Assembly: GCA_041494245.1 (NCBI GenBank)
Contig: JBGQAK010000014.1
Location: forward strand, 7,664 to 71,663
DNA: 64,000 bases
Reading direction: 5' to 3'
Origin: Thermoanaerobaculaceae bacterium
GTDB lineage: Bacteria; Acidobacteriota; Thermoanaerobaculia; Thermoanaerobaculales; Thermoanaerobaculaceae
A program made the translations under genes and the position numbers. The notes beneath the pieces were generated by a model. It saw only the letters and a program-made list of their open reading frames with translations, was not told the origin of the DNA and did no database searches. Of the stretch, positions 17,934-26,186 are shown piece after piece (position 1 is the stretch's first letter; the number at the start of each line of letters is the position of its first letter).

Positions 17934-18029
17934 GGAAGCGAGCCGCCGGCTCTGCCGGCGCGAGCGCGGGGGGCTCGGGGGGCACTTCTGCGGCGGTGGG
18001 GGGGCGGAACGCCGCAGAGCCCCCGCAAC
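17934..18029 (+). repeat. G-rich palindromic extragenic repeat, copy A (module 1 + module 2)
   Basis: ggaagcgagccgccggctctgccggcgcgagcg + cggggggctcggggggcacttctgcggcggtgggggggcggaacgccgcagagcccccgcaac. Related copies at 18787-19033. Confidence 0.85.
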
Positions 18030-18036
18030 GTATGGT

Positions 18037-18077
18037 CAGATCGGGTGGTTTAAGGCAGGGTCAGCGCTCAACGTGCT
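18037..18077 (+). repeat. direct repeat copy 2 (41 bp, orphan duplicate of the aconitase 3' end, followed by a diverged 16-nt tail and stop at 18093)
   Basis: Perfect match to 17877-17917. Would encode IGWFKAGSALNVLRRKH* versus the genic IGWFKAGSALNVLRKKR*. Confidence 0.95.
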
Positions 18078-18145
18078 GCGCCGGAAGCACTGAACGTCGA
18101 CTCGGCCGGGCGACGGGCAGCGGTCGCCGTCCGGGCCGGTCCCGG

Positions 18146-18712
18146 TCAGCGCTTCGTGATGGGGACGGTGCCGTCGCCCTGGATGACGATCACGGCGCAG
18201 CCGATGCGGCCGCCGGCGTTGCCGGTGGGCTGGCTCGTGAGGTCGTCGGGCTTGTCGTGGATGATCACCGAGCGGCCGAGGACACCGGTGGCCGACTGGT
18301 CAAGCGTGATCCGATGCGAGACGAGCTTCAGCGTGGCGTGCCCGTTGGCGTCGGCCTCGAGGTTGCCGTAGTCGCCGGCGTGGGACGCGTCCGCGCCCGG
18401 CGCCCCGTGGGGCTTGCCCTCGGGGTTGAAGTGGGGGCCCGCCGAGCTGCCGTCCGGTGCGGAGCAGTCGCCGAACTCGTGGATGTGGAAGCCGTGCTGG
18501 CCTGGGGTGAGGCCCGTCAACCGGGCGCTGATCTCGACCCCGTGGTCGAGCGCCGTGAAGAGCACGACGCCCTTGACCGTGCTGGTCCCCAGTGGCTGAA
18601 CGCTGGCCACCGCCACCTTGCCGGGCTGACCGGCAGCGAGTCCTCCGGCCAGCGTCGGTTGCCCGGCAGCGAGCACGAACGCCCCCAGAAGAGCCGCACG
18701 CGTTTTCGTCAT
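18146..18712 (-). CDS. sodC: Cu/Zn superoxide dismutase, secreted
   Basis: HGFHIHEFGDCS and GNAGGRIGCAVI motifs. Start trimmed to MTKTRAALLGAFVLAAG (ATG 18712) with GGAGG 6 nt upstream. Confidence 0.92.
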   Translation of the reverse strand: MTKTRAALLGAFVLAAGQPTLAGGLAAGQPGKVAVASVQPLGTSTVKGVVLFTALDHGVEISARLTGLTPGQHGFHIHEFGDCSAPDGSSAGPHFNPEGKPHGAPGADASHAGDYGNLEADANGHATLKLVSHRITLDQSATGVLGRSVIIHDKPDDLTSQPTGNAGGRIGCAVIVIQGDGTVPITKR

Positions 18713-18786
18713 CCTGCACCTCCGGCGACCGGCTTGAAAGCCGCCGGTCACCTCTCGTCAACCGGTGCAGATGCAGGTTATTCCTG

Positions 18787-18880
18787 GAGCGAGCGACCGG
18801 CTTAGCCGGCGCTAGCGCGGGGGGCTCGGGGGGTACTTCTGCGGGGGTGGGCGGTCGGACCGCCGCAGAGCCCCCCGCAA
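18787..18880 (+). repeat. G-rich palindromic extragenic repeat, copy B (module 1 variant + module 2)
   Basis: ggagcgagcgaccggcttagccggcgctagcg + cggggggctcggggggtacttctgcgggggtgggcggtcggaccgccgcagagccccccgcaa. Confidence 0.85.
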
Positions 18881-18906
18881 GGGCGCGGAGCGGGATTCAC
18901 TCCCGC

Positions 18907-18975
18907 GGAGCGCGGGGGATCCGGGGGGCACTTCTGCAGTTGTGGGCGGTCGGAGCGCTGCAGAGCCCCCCGCAA
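18907..18975 (+). repeat. G-rich palindromic extragenic repeat, copy C (module 2 only)
   Basis: ggagcgcgggggatccggggggcacttctgcagttgtgggcggtcggagcgctgcagagccccccgcaac. Confidence 0.8.
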
Positions 18976-19000
18976 CGGATAGACGCGGGACCCCCCGCTA

Positions 19001-19033
19001 GCAAGCGAGCGGCCGGCTTTGCCGGCGCGAGCG
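19001..19033 (+). repeat. solo module 1 of the same repeat family
   Basis: gcaagcgagcggccggctttgccggcgcgagcg versus ggaagcgagccgccggctctgccggcgcgagcg at 17934-17966. Confidence 0.8.
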
Positions 19034-19065
19034 TTGGGTTTCCCGATGGCGCGGATTCTCGGGAG

Positions 19066-21000
19066 CTAGTGGCCGAGATGGAGCCGGGCCCGCTCGCCGA
19101 CCGTAATCGTCTTGTTCGTCTGCGCCGTGGTGACCCCGTCGCTCACCCGCAGCGTCACGGTGTAGGTGCCGCGCAGCGCGTAGGTGTGGAACGGGTGGTG
19201 GTTCCAGGACACCTCGCCGTCGCCGAAGTCCCACACCCAGGCTATGGCTTTGGTGGAGGTGTCGGTAAATCGCACCTCGCGCCCAGCGACCGGGGTGTCG
19301 GGGGTGAAGGTGAAGGACGCCGTCAGGCCGGCCGGCGTCGGACGAACTGTGGGCGTCGGGGTAGGTGTCGGCGTCGGGGTCGGCACGACCGGCGTCGGCG
19401 TGGGCGTGGCGGTTGGGGAAGGAGTCGGCGTGGGCGTAGCGGTCGGAGGCGCGGGGCGGAAACCGTAGTCGGAGTCGCTGAGAGGCCCGGCGCCGGTGCC
19501 GTTGACGGCTCGCACCCAGTACCAGTAGGTGACCCCCGGCGTGGCGACGAAGTCCCTGATCCCGAGGGACTGGCCCGGGATGCTCGTAACGGGCGAGGCG
19601 GGAGCCGTGTTCGTGGTGTTCTTGAAGAGGTCGTAGCTGGTGGCCCCGGGGACCGAGTTCCACGTCACCTCGACCCGGTCCGTGTACGTGCCCTTTGTGG
19701 CGGACAGCCCCGTCGGTTTGGCGGGGAGGCCCGGCGTGGGCGTAGGGGTCGGGGAGGTGCCGGGGGTCGGCGTCGGTGTCGGCCCGCCGGCGCCGGGGTA
19801 GAGGTACTGAGCGCACGACCTGTCGATGGCGCCGATGGGACGGCAGCATATGGAGAACATGAGGGCGGCCGAGTCGCTGACGTGGCCGAAGCCGAGGCCG
19901 TGGCCGAGCTCGTGCTCGAGCATGAGCTTGTAGTTCGCAGCCCCCGTGCAGCCGGCGCCGTTGTTCACGATCACGAACCAGCTCCCGATGGTGTACCAGC
20001 TCGTGCCGTCGAAGGTGTGGGTGCCGGAAAACCAGGGGCCGCCGTACCCCAGCGTCCCGGAGCACCCTGAGAGGTCGCCGATGTCGCTGCACGGGTCGTT
20101 GAAGACCACGATGTTGGTGCCGAACGCGGGGGTGTCCTGAGCGCTGGTGCAGGTCATGGTGTAGCTCATCGCCCCGCCGTAGGCGAGCCTGATGCTCGTG
20201 CCCGAGATCCCCGCCCAGTCGGTGAGTGCCCCCTGGACCTGCGCGAACCCCCCGCCGGAGAGGGAGGAGTCGCCGGTGGCGTCCGCGCTCATGGTGACTT
20301 GCTGGCCGAAATCGAACGCGTGCCAGCGGGCGTTGGTGCCGCCGCTCCCCATGAAGGCGCAACCGGCGGGCGGCGACTGGGCCGTCGCCTGGAACGGCAC
20401 CTGCTCGCTGCGGGCTCGCACCTTCCGGGAATCCCACGCCGCCGTCCCCTGCGCAACCGCACGGAGGTGCGTCAGCAGCGCGGTCTCGCGGTAGGTCTCG
20501 ATCTGCTCGGGGAGTATGCCGTCCTGGCGCGGGAACGGCTGGATGTCGACGAGCTCCGGGAGGGGCGACAGCAGGGTCGAGCCGTCCCGGCCCCGGATCC
20601 GGTGGAGCAGGCCGTAGGCGAGCATGTGCGTCCCCCACTCCCCGGTGGGCTTCTGGTCGAGGAACAGGAGGTAGAACTCGCCCGGCTCGAAGCGCGGCGA
20701 GCCCGGGACCAACCACCCGACGCCGTTCAGTTCCCCGCCCGGGACCTCCACCGTGATGCGGTCGCCCTTCTCGATGGGGCCCGCGATCGGTTCGAGTACC
20801 CGGAACGCGTTGAGCGTGAACAGCAGCTGGCCGCGTTGGGAGGTGTGCGGGGCGCCCGCCTGCGCCAGGACAACGGCCTGGCTGCTCCGAGCCAGCTCGC
20901 CCAGGTTCTCGGGGGGCACGATGGACGCAGCCCGGGCCGCCCCTGCCGTGATCACGGTCAGGGCCGCTGTCGCGAAAGCTGTTGTGGACGCCCGCCGCAT
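19066..21000 (-). CDS. secreted metzincin (matrixin-like) zinc metalloprotease with Pro/Thr linkers, FN3-like and C-terminal PKD domains
   Basis: HELGHGLGFGH plus Met-turn ALMF. PKD-like WDFGDGEVSWNHHPFHTYALRGTYTVTL. Start trimmed to ATG 21000 (MRRASTTAFATAALTVITAGAARAAS signal peptide); the TTG at 21018 is part of the GAGGAG SD. Confidence 0.85.
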   Translation of the reverse strand: MRRASTTAFATAALTVITAGAARAASIVPPENLGELARSSQAVVLAQAGAPHTSQRGQLLFTLNAFRVLEPIAGPIEKGDRITVEVPGGELNGVGWLVPGSPRFEPGEFYLLFLDQKPTGEWGTHMLAYGLLHRIRGRDGSTLLSPLPELVDIQPFPRQDGILPEQIETYRETALLTHLRAVAQGTAAWDSRKVRARSEQVPFQATAQSPPAGCAFMGSGGTNARWHAFDFGQQVTMSADATGDSSLSGGGFAQVQGALTDWAGISGTSIRLAYGGAMSYTMTCTSAQDTPAFGTNIVVFNDPCSDIGDLSGCSGTLGYGGPWFSGTHTFDGTSWYTIGSWFVIVNNGAGCTGAANYKLMLEHELGHGLGFGHVSDSAALMFSICCRPIGAIDRSCAQYLYPGAGGPTPTPTPGTSPTPTPTPGLPAKPTGLSATKGTYTDRVEVTWNSVPGATSYDLFKNTTNTAPASPVTSIPGQSLGIRDFVATPGVTYWYWVRAVNGTGAGPLSDSDYGFRPAPPTATPTPTPSPTATPTPTPVVPTPTPTPTPTPTVRPTPAGLTASFTFTPDTPVAGREVRFTDTSTKAIAWVWDFGDGEVSWNHHPFHTYALRGTYTVTLRVSDGVTTAQTNKTITVGERARLHLGH

Positions 21001-21079
21001 GCTGCGACCGCTCCTCAAACCAAGTTAAATCCGATGGTTACAGCCCGCAGTGACGGGTGTCACGCCGGCCGGCGGACGG

Positions 21080-21547
21080 TCAGGACGCGGGCGTGCGGGG
21101 GAGCGGGGGGCGGAGCGGAAGGATGAACGGAACTCGTGCCCGGTAGTCGAGATAGGCCTCGCCGAAGCGCAGCGCGAGGTTGTGCTCCTCGCGGTTGGCG
21201 CGGACCAGCGTGACGCGGACCGCCGGGTAGAACAGGATCAGCGCCGGGAGCGAGCGCATCGCGATGATGGCGCCGACCAGCATCAGCAGGATGCCGAGGA
21301 AGTACGGGTGCCGGACCCAGCGGTACGGCCCGTTCGTGACCAGCTCCCGGCCGCGGCCGAGCGACCGGACGGCGGCGAGCGCCAGGAGGCCGCCGAGGAG
21401 CAGGAAAGGAGCGGCGAGGCGCAGCGAGAAGCGGCTGAACTGCCCAGTCAGGAGCGCGCCGGCTGCACAGGCGGCCACCAGCAGCGCCCACGCCACCGCC
21501 ATCTCGCCGACCGGCACGCCCTCGACGACCTCGGGATCGCGGCTCAC
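21080..21547 (-). CDS. isoprenylcysteine carboxyl / phospholipid methyltransferase family membrane protein
   Basis: NGPYRWVRHPYFLGILL...EEHNLALRFGEAYLDYRARVP, typical ICMT/PEMT C-terminal signature. Confidence 0.8.
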   Translation of the reverse strand: MSRDPEVVEGVPVGEMAVAWALLVAACAAGALLTGQFSRFSLRLAAPFLLLGGLLALAAVRSLGRGRELVTNGPYRWVRHPYFLGILLMLVGAIIAMRSLPALILFYPAVRVTLVRANREEHNLALRFGEAYLDYRARVPFILPLRPPLPRTPAS

Positions 21548-21577
21548 AGCAGAGGTTCTCCCGGCCCGTCCGCCGTC

Positions 21578-22795
21578 TCAGGCCGTGTGGGCGGGGGCCG
21601 ACCGCAGCGTTCGGTAGCGCTCGAGGCCGGCCAGGAAAACCTCCATGGCGCGCTCCAGCTTGCGGACCTCGAGCACGTAGGCCATGCGGACCTCGTCGTT
21701 GCCGGCGCCCGGGGTGGCGTAGAAGCCGCCGGCCGGGGCGACCAGCACGGTCTCGCCCGCGAGCTGGTGCTCGGCGAGCAGCCACCTCGCGAAGTCGTCG
21801 CTGTCCTCCACGCCGCTCATCTTCACGATCATGTAGAAGGCACCGCGGGGTTGCTTCAGCACGATGCCCTCGGCGCGGGTGAGCGCGCCGAACATGACGT
21901 CGCGGCGCCGCTGGTACTCCGCCCGCACCGCGTCGAAGTACCCTTCGTCCAGGCGGTACGCGGCGATCGCGCCCATCTGCTCGAGCGTCGGAGGGCACAG
22001 GCGTGCCTGGCCGAACTTGAGCACGGAGGCCAGCACGTCCCGGTTGCGCGTGATCACGGCGCCCACCCGGGCGCCGCACGCCGAGAAGCGCTTGGAGATG
22101 GAGTCCACCACGATCACCCGCTCCTGCATGCCCGGCAGCTCGAGGACCGAGCGGTGCCGGCGGCCGTCGTAGGTGAACTCCTTGTAAACCTCGTCGCCGA
22201 TCAGGAAGAGATCGTGGCGCCGCACGAACGCGGCGAGCCGCTCGATCTCTTCCCACGTGAGCACGGTGCCGGTCGGGTTGTTGGGCGAGCAGACCAGCAC
22301 GGCGCGGGCGCGCGGGGAGACCGCTGCCTCCAGCACCTCGTCCGCAGGCAGGTGGAAGCCGTCCTCGGCGCGGGTGCGCACCGGCACCACCGAGAGGCTG
22401 GCCATCTCGGCGTAGCCGTTGTAGTTGGTGTAGAACGGCTCGGGGATGAGGATCTCGTCGCCCTGGTCGGCCACCACGTTGAACGCAAAGAGGATCGCCT
22501 CGGAGCCGCCGTTGGTGATGAGGATCTCCGAGGGGTCGAGGGCGATCTCGTAGCGGGCGAAATACGCGGCCATGGCCTCGCGCAGCTCGGGCAGGCCGTC
22601 GGAGGGGCCGTACTCCAGCACCTTGCCCTTGAAGCCGGCGACCGCGCGCAGGAATTCGGGTGGCGTGGCCACGTCGGGCTGGCCGATGTTGAGGTTGAAG
22701 ATCTTGACGCCTCGCGCACGGGCAGCCGCCGCGAGCGGGGCCAGCTTGCGGATCGGGGACTCCTGGATCGAGATGGCGCGGCGGGAAATCTGCAT
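21578..22795 (-). CDS. class I/II pyridoxal-phosphate aminotransferase (aspartate aminotransferase-like)
   Basis: PLP-lysine region SISKRFSACGARVG. Start trimmed to MQISRRAISIQESPIRKL (ATG 22795) with GGAGG upstream. Confidence 0.88.
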   Translation of the reverse strand: MQISRRAISIQESPIRKLAPLAAAARARGVKIFNLNIGQPDVATPPEFLRAVAGFKGKVLEYGPSDGLPELREAMAAYFARYEIALDPSEILITNGGSEAILFAFNVVADQGDEILIPEPFYTNYNGYAEMASLSVVPVRTRAEDGFHLPADEVLEAAVSPRARAVLVCSPNNPTGTVLTWEEIERLAAFVRRHDLFLIGDEVYKEFTYDGRRHRSVLELPGMQERVIVVDSISKRFSACGARVGAVITRNRDVLASVLKFGQARLCPPTLEQMGAIAAYRLDEGYFDAVRAEYQRRRDVMFGALTRAEGIVLKQPRGAFYMIVKMSGVEDSDDFARWLLAEHQLAGETVLVAPAGGFYATPGAGNDEVRMAYVLEVRKLERAMEVFLAGLERYRTLRSAPAHTA

Positions 22796-22970
22796 CTCGC
22801 CTCCGGTGCCTGGGCCTGCCAGGCGATCCAAGAGGGTAGCGGCAGGGCCTGCAAAAGACAAGCTTCACAAGGCGCGGACGGCGATCCAGAAGGTGGAGGG
22901 CAGGTACCGTGGCGGGTCCAACAACGCACCTCCCCTCCGTCCGGGCTCCGGCCACACCGGCTTCCATTGC

Positions 22971-23039
22971 CCTCCGCAAACACACCGCGGGCACCGGCGT
23001 ATCCTTGGGGTGCACTCGACAGGCGCGTTTGCGGGGAGG
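22971..23039 (+). promoter_or_regulatory. possible SD-sequestering helix upstream of the serine-hydrolase gene
   Basis: cctccgcaaac (22971-22981) is complementary to gtttgc..ggagg (23027-23039, 2-nt GG bulge). The GGAGG is the SD, 8 nt before ATG 23048. Confidence 0.3.
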
Positions 23040-23047
23040 ACCGGGCG

Positions 23048-24514
23048 ATGAGCGCGAGTGACGGGAGATCGAGGCTGGGAGTGCTGGCGTTGGCCGCGCT
23101 GGCAGCAGTGGCGGTTGCCGGCGAGGCGGCTGCCGCCGACAAGGCGGCGGCCATCGACGCCCTGGTGGTGTCCTACCAGGACCTCGGGCTTTTCAGCGGC
23201 TCAGTGCTCGTCGCCGAGCACGGCAAGGTCGTGTTCAAGAAGGGGTACGGCCCCGCCAACGCGGAGTGGGGGATCCCGAACACCCCCGAGACGGTGTTCC
23301 GGCTGGGGTCGATCACGCAGCAGTTCACCTCCATGCTGGTGATGCAACTTGTCCAGGAGGGCAAGATGACGCTCGACACCAGGCTCTCCGACGTCCTGCC
23401 GACGTACCGCAAGGACACCGGCTCCAGGGTGACGATCCGCCAGCTGCTCAGCCACACCTCGGGGATCCCGTCCTACACCGACCTGCCCGGATTCATGGCC
23501 GAGGCGAGCCGCAACCCGTACAAGGTCGAGGATTTCGTCGCCAAGTACTGCTCCGGCGACCTGCAGTTCGAGCCCGGCTCGAAGTTCCGCTACGACAACT
23601 CCGGATACTTCCTGCTCGGGGCGGTGATCGAAAGGGTCACCGACAAGCCGTACGAGGAGGTGCTGGCCGACCGCATCACCGGGCCGCTCGGGATGCGCTC
23701 GACCGGGTACGACCACACCGAGGCGATCATCCGGAAGAGGGCGAGCGGCTACCAGAAGGGCCCCAGCGGCCTGCAAAACGCGCGCTACATCGACATGTCG
23801 GTCCCGTTCGCGGCTGGGGCGCTCTGCTCCACCGTCGAAGACCTCTTCCTGTGGGACCAGGCGCTCTACACCGACAGGCTCCTCTCTCCGCAGCTCAAGA
23901 AAGTGATGTTCACGCCAGGGCTCGAGAACTACGCGTTCGGCTGGGGGGTCCGGCAGGCGCCCGTGGGCCCGGACAAGGAGAACCGCACGCTGACCTCGCA
24001 CGCCGGCGGCATCCCGGGCTTTTCCTCCTTCATCGTCCGCGCGATCGAGGACAAGGACCTCGTGGTGCTGCTGGACAACGCCGGCGACCCGCAGCTGGTG
24101 GACCTCTCGGCAGGGATCCTCGACATCCTGGTCGGGCGCACCCCGCCTCCCCCCAAGCGCCTGATCGGGGAGGTGCTCGCCGAGACCATCGCGGTGAGGG
24201 GCATCGAGGCGGCGCGCGCCCAGTACCGCGACCTGAAGCGGCGCGAGAAGGATGCCTACGACTTCTCCGAGCCACAGCTCAACATGCTGGGGTACCAGCT
24301 CATTGCGGCCAAAAACACCGAGGCGGCGATCGCGGTCTTCACTCTCAACGTGGAGGCGTACCCGGAGTCGTGGAACGTCTACGACAGCCTCGGCGAGGCC
24401 TACATGACCGCCGGGAAGAAGGAACTCGCGATTGCGAACTACAAGAAGTCCCTCGAGCTCAACTCCTCCAACGACAACGCGGTCAGGCAGCTCGCGACGC
24501 TCGCGAAGCCGTGA
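23048..24514 (+). CDS. class C beta-lactamase-fold serine hydrolase family protein with C-terminal TPR-like region; SxxK lysine replaced (SITQ)
   Basis: ORF 21050..24514 trimmed to MSASDGRSRLGVLALAALAAVAVAG. Family pattern FRLGSITQQFTS, YDNSGYFLLG, HAGGIPGF. Confidence 0.82.
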   Translation: MSASDGRSRLGVLALAALAAVAVAGEAAAADKAAAIDALVVSYQDLGLFSGSVLVAEHGKVVFKKGYGPANAEWGIPNTPETVFRLGSITQQFTSMLVMQLVQEGKMTLDTRLSDVLPTYRKDTGSRVTIRQLLSHTSGIPSYTDLPGFMAEASRNPYKVEDFVAKYCSGDLQFEPGSKFRYDNSGYFLLGAVIERVTDKPYEEVLADRITGPLGMRSTGYDHTEAIIRKRASGYQKGPSGLQNARYIDMSVPFAAGALCSTVEDLFLWDQALYTDRLLSPQLKKVMFTPGLENYAFGWGVRQAPVGPDKENRTLTSHAGGIPGFSSFIVRAIEDKDLVVLLDNAGDPQLVDLSAGILDILVGRTPPPPKRLIGEVLAETIAVRGIEAARAQYRDLKRREKDAYDFSEPQLNMLGYQLIAAKNTEAAIAVFTLNVEAYPESWNVYDSLGEAYMTAGKKELAIANYKKSLELNSSNDNAVRQLATLAKP

Positions 24515-24538
24515 GCCGTTGACCGCGCGGGGACGCGC

Positions 24539-26119
24539 GTGGTGAGCACCGCAGCCTTGGCGCCGGCGCTGCCTGACAGTGGAGCCCACGGCGCGCGCAG
24601 CGCGCTCGCCGGCGGGTCCGCGATCGTGGCCTACGTGGCCGCGGCCACGCTGCTCTTTCGTCTGGCCACGGCCGGCGTGTACGGCCTCTTCGTGGACGAA
24701 CTGTACTTCTTGGCGTGCGGCGAGCACCCGGCCTGGGGGTACGTGGACATGCCCCCGCTCACCGCGGTGCAGGCGTGGCTGGCGCGCTCGCTGTTCGGGG
24801 ACTCGATGGCCGCGCTCCGGCTGCTCCCCACCCTCGAGGGCGCGGGGCTCGTGCTTCTGGTCGGCGCCCTCGCCCGCCGCCTCGGAGGCGGCCGCTCCGC
24901 GCAGGCGCTCGCCGCGCTGGCCGCCGCGCTGGCACCGGGCTTGCTGGCGTTCTACAGCATCCTGTCCATGAACGCCGTCGAGCCCCTGGTGTGGACCGGC
25001 CTCGCCTATGCGCTCGTGCGTGTGATCCAGGGGGAGCCGCGCTGGTGGCTTGTCTTCGGCGCGGTGGGGGGCCTCGGGCTCGAGAACAAGGACACCGTGC
25101 TGGTGTTCGGCTTCGCGCTCGTCGCGGGCCTCGTGGCCGTGCCGGAGCGGCGTCTCCTGGTCAACCGATGGTTCCTGCTCGGCGCGGCAGTCGCGTTCGT
25201 GCTCTTCCTGCCCAACCTGGTCTGGATGATCCAGCACCACTTCCCCCACCTGGAGCAGCTCGCCAACATCCGGCGCAACCAGCGCAACGTGGAGCTGTCA
25301 CCGCTGCAGTTCATAGTCCAGCAGTTCCTGTTCACCAACCCGCTCGCAGCGCCGGTGTGGGTGGGCGGGCTCGCCTGGCTGCTCGCGAGCCGGGCGGGCC
25401 GGGCGTACCGCGGGCTCGGCCTGGCCTACCTGATCAGCCTGGTCGTGCTGATCGCCACGCACGGGCGGTTCTACTACCTCGCGGCTGCATACCCGATGCT
25501 TTTCGCCGTGGGCGGTGTCGCGCTGGAGCGGTGGCTCGCCGCGCCGCGAGCGACCTGGCTGAAGGTGGCGTACGCGGTGGTGGTGGGGATCTCGGGTGCC
25601 CTTCTCGCGCCGATGTTCACCCCCGTCCTGAAACCCGAGTCGTTCGTCCGATACGCACGCGCCATCGGGATGGGCATGCCACAGCTCGAGCACCGGCGCA
25701 CGAGCGCGCTGCCGCAGTTCTTCGCGGACCGCTTCGGGTGGCCCGAGATGGCTGAAACCGTCGCCAAGGTCTACCACTCGCTGCCCCCAAAGGAGCGGGC
25801 CAGGGCAGCGATCTTCGGCCAGGACTACGGCCAGGCCGGGGCCATCGACTTCTACGGCCCGAAGCTCGGCCTCCCCAAGGCGATCTCGGGCCACCTCACC
25901 TACTGGTACTGGGGCCCGCGCCGCTACACCGGCGACCTCGTGGTCGTTCTCGGCGACACCAAGGAGTCGCTGCAGAGGTACTTCGAGAGCGTGCAGGAGG
26001 CCGCGACGGTCTCCAACCCGTACTCGATGCGGTCCCAGAACTTCACCATCTACGTCTGCCGGAAGCCCAAGGGGTGGACGATGCGGGAGGTCTGGCCCCG
26101 TCTGAAGAACTGGGGGTGA
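24539..26119 (+). CDS. ArnT/PMT-like glycosyltransferase (GT39/GT83-type polytopic membrane protein)
   Basis: About 12 TM helices, N-terminal DELYFLACGEHPAWGYVDMPPLT loop typical of lipid-linked sugar transferases. GTG start. Confidence 0.72.
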   Translation: MVSTAALAPALPDSGAHGARSALAGGSAIVAYVAAATLLFRLATAGVYGLFVDELYFLACGEHPAWGYVDMPPLTAVQAWLARSLFGDSMAALRLLPTLEGAGLVLLVGALARRLGGGRSAQALAALAAALAPGLLAFYSILSMNAVEPLVWTGLAYALVRVIQGEPRWWLVFGAVGGLGLENKDTVLVFGFALVAGLVAVPERRLLVNRWFLLGAAVAFVLFLPNLVWMIQHHFPHLEQLANIRRNQRNVELSPLQFIVQQFLFTNPLAAPVWVGGLAWLLASRAGRAYRGLGLAYLISLVVLIATHGRFYYLAAAYPMLFAVGGVALERWLAAPRATWLKVAYAVVVGISGALLAPMFTPVLKPESFVRYARAIGMGMPQLEHRRTSALPQFFADRFGWPEMAETVAKVYHSLPPKERARAAIFGQDYGQAGAIDFYGPKLGLPKAISGHLTYWYWGPRRYTGDLVVVLGDTKESLQRYFESVQEAATVSNPYSMRSQNFTIYVCRKPKGWTMREVWPRLKNWG

Positions 26120-26186
26120 GATCACGCCCGCGTGTTGCGGGCATGCCCGGCGGTGGTGGCGCATACTTGTGCCGTGAGGGAGAGCG

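Noticed and set aside
18037-18093. The second copy of the aconitase tail as a separate small gene.
   Set aside because: Only 17 codons are homologous, with no start codon or SD context. I treat it as a relic duplicate (see findings).
18787-19033. The cluster of similar units upstream of sodC as a possible CRISPR array.
   Set aside because: The units are long (70-95 bp) imperfect palindromes of unequal composition, with irregular and very short intervening sequence. No cas genes are present, and another copy is isolated at 17934. This is REP-like, not CRISPR.
19320-19800. Tandem GC-rich repeats (ggcgtcggggtcggc-type) inside the metalloprotease gene.
   Set aside because: They simply encode the (Pro-Thr)n inter-domain linkers of the protein on the minus strand. 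This is coding low complexity, not an independent repeat element.
21050-23047. Long N-terminal extensions of real genes in the ORF track: 21050..24514, 15066..17933, 56565..59408, 28900..30552, 52215..53993, 46811..47935 and 30694..31404.
   Set aside because: The extensions run antisense through neighbouring real genes or are non-protein-like. In each case an internal ATG/GTG with a GGAGG-type SD gives the family-typical N-terminus.
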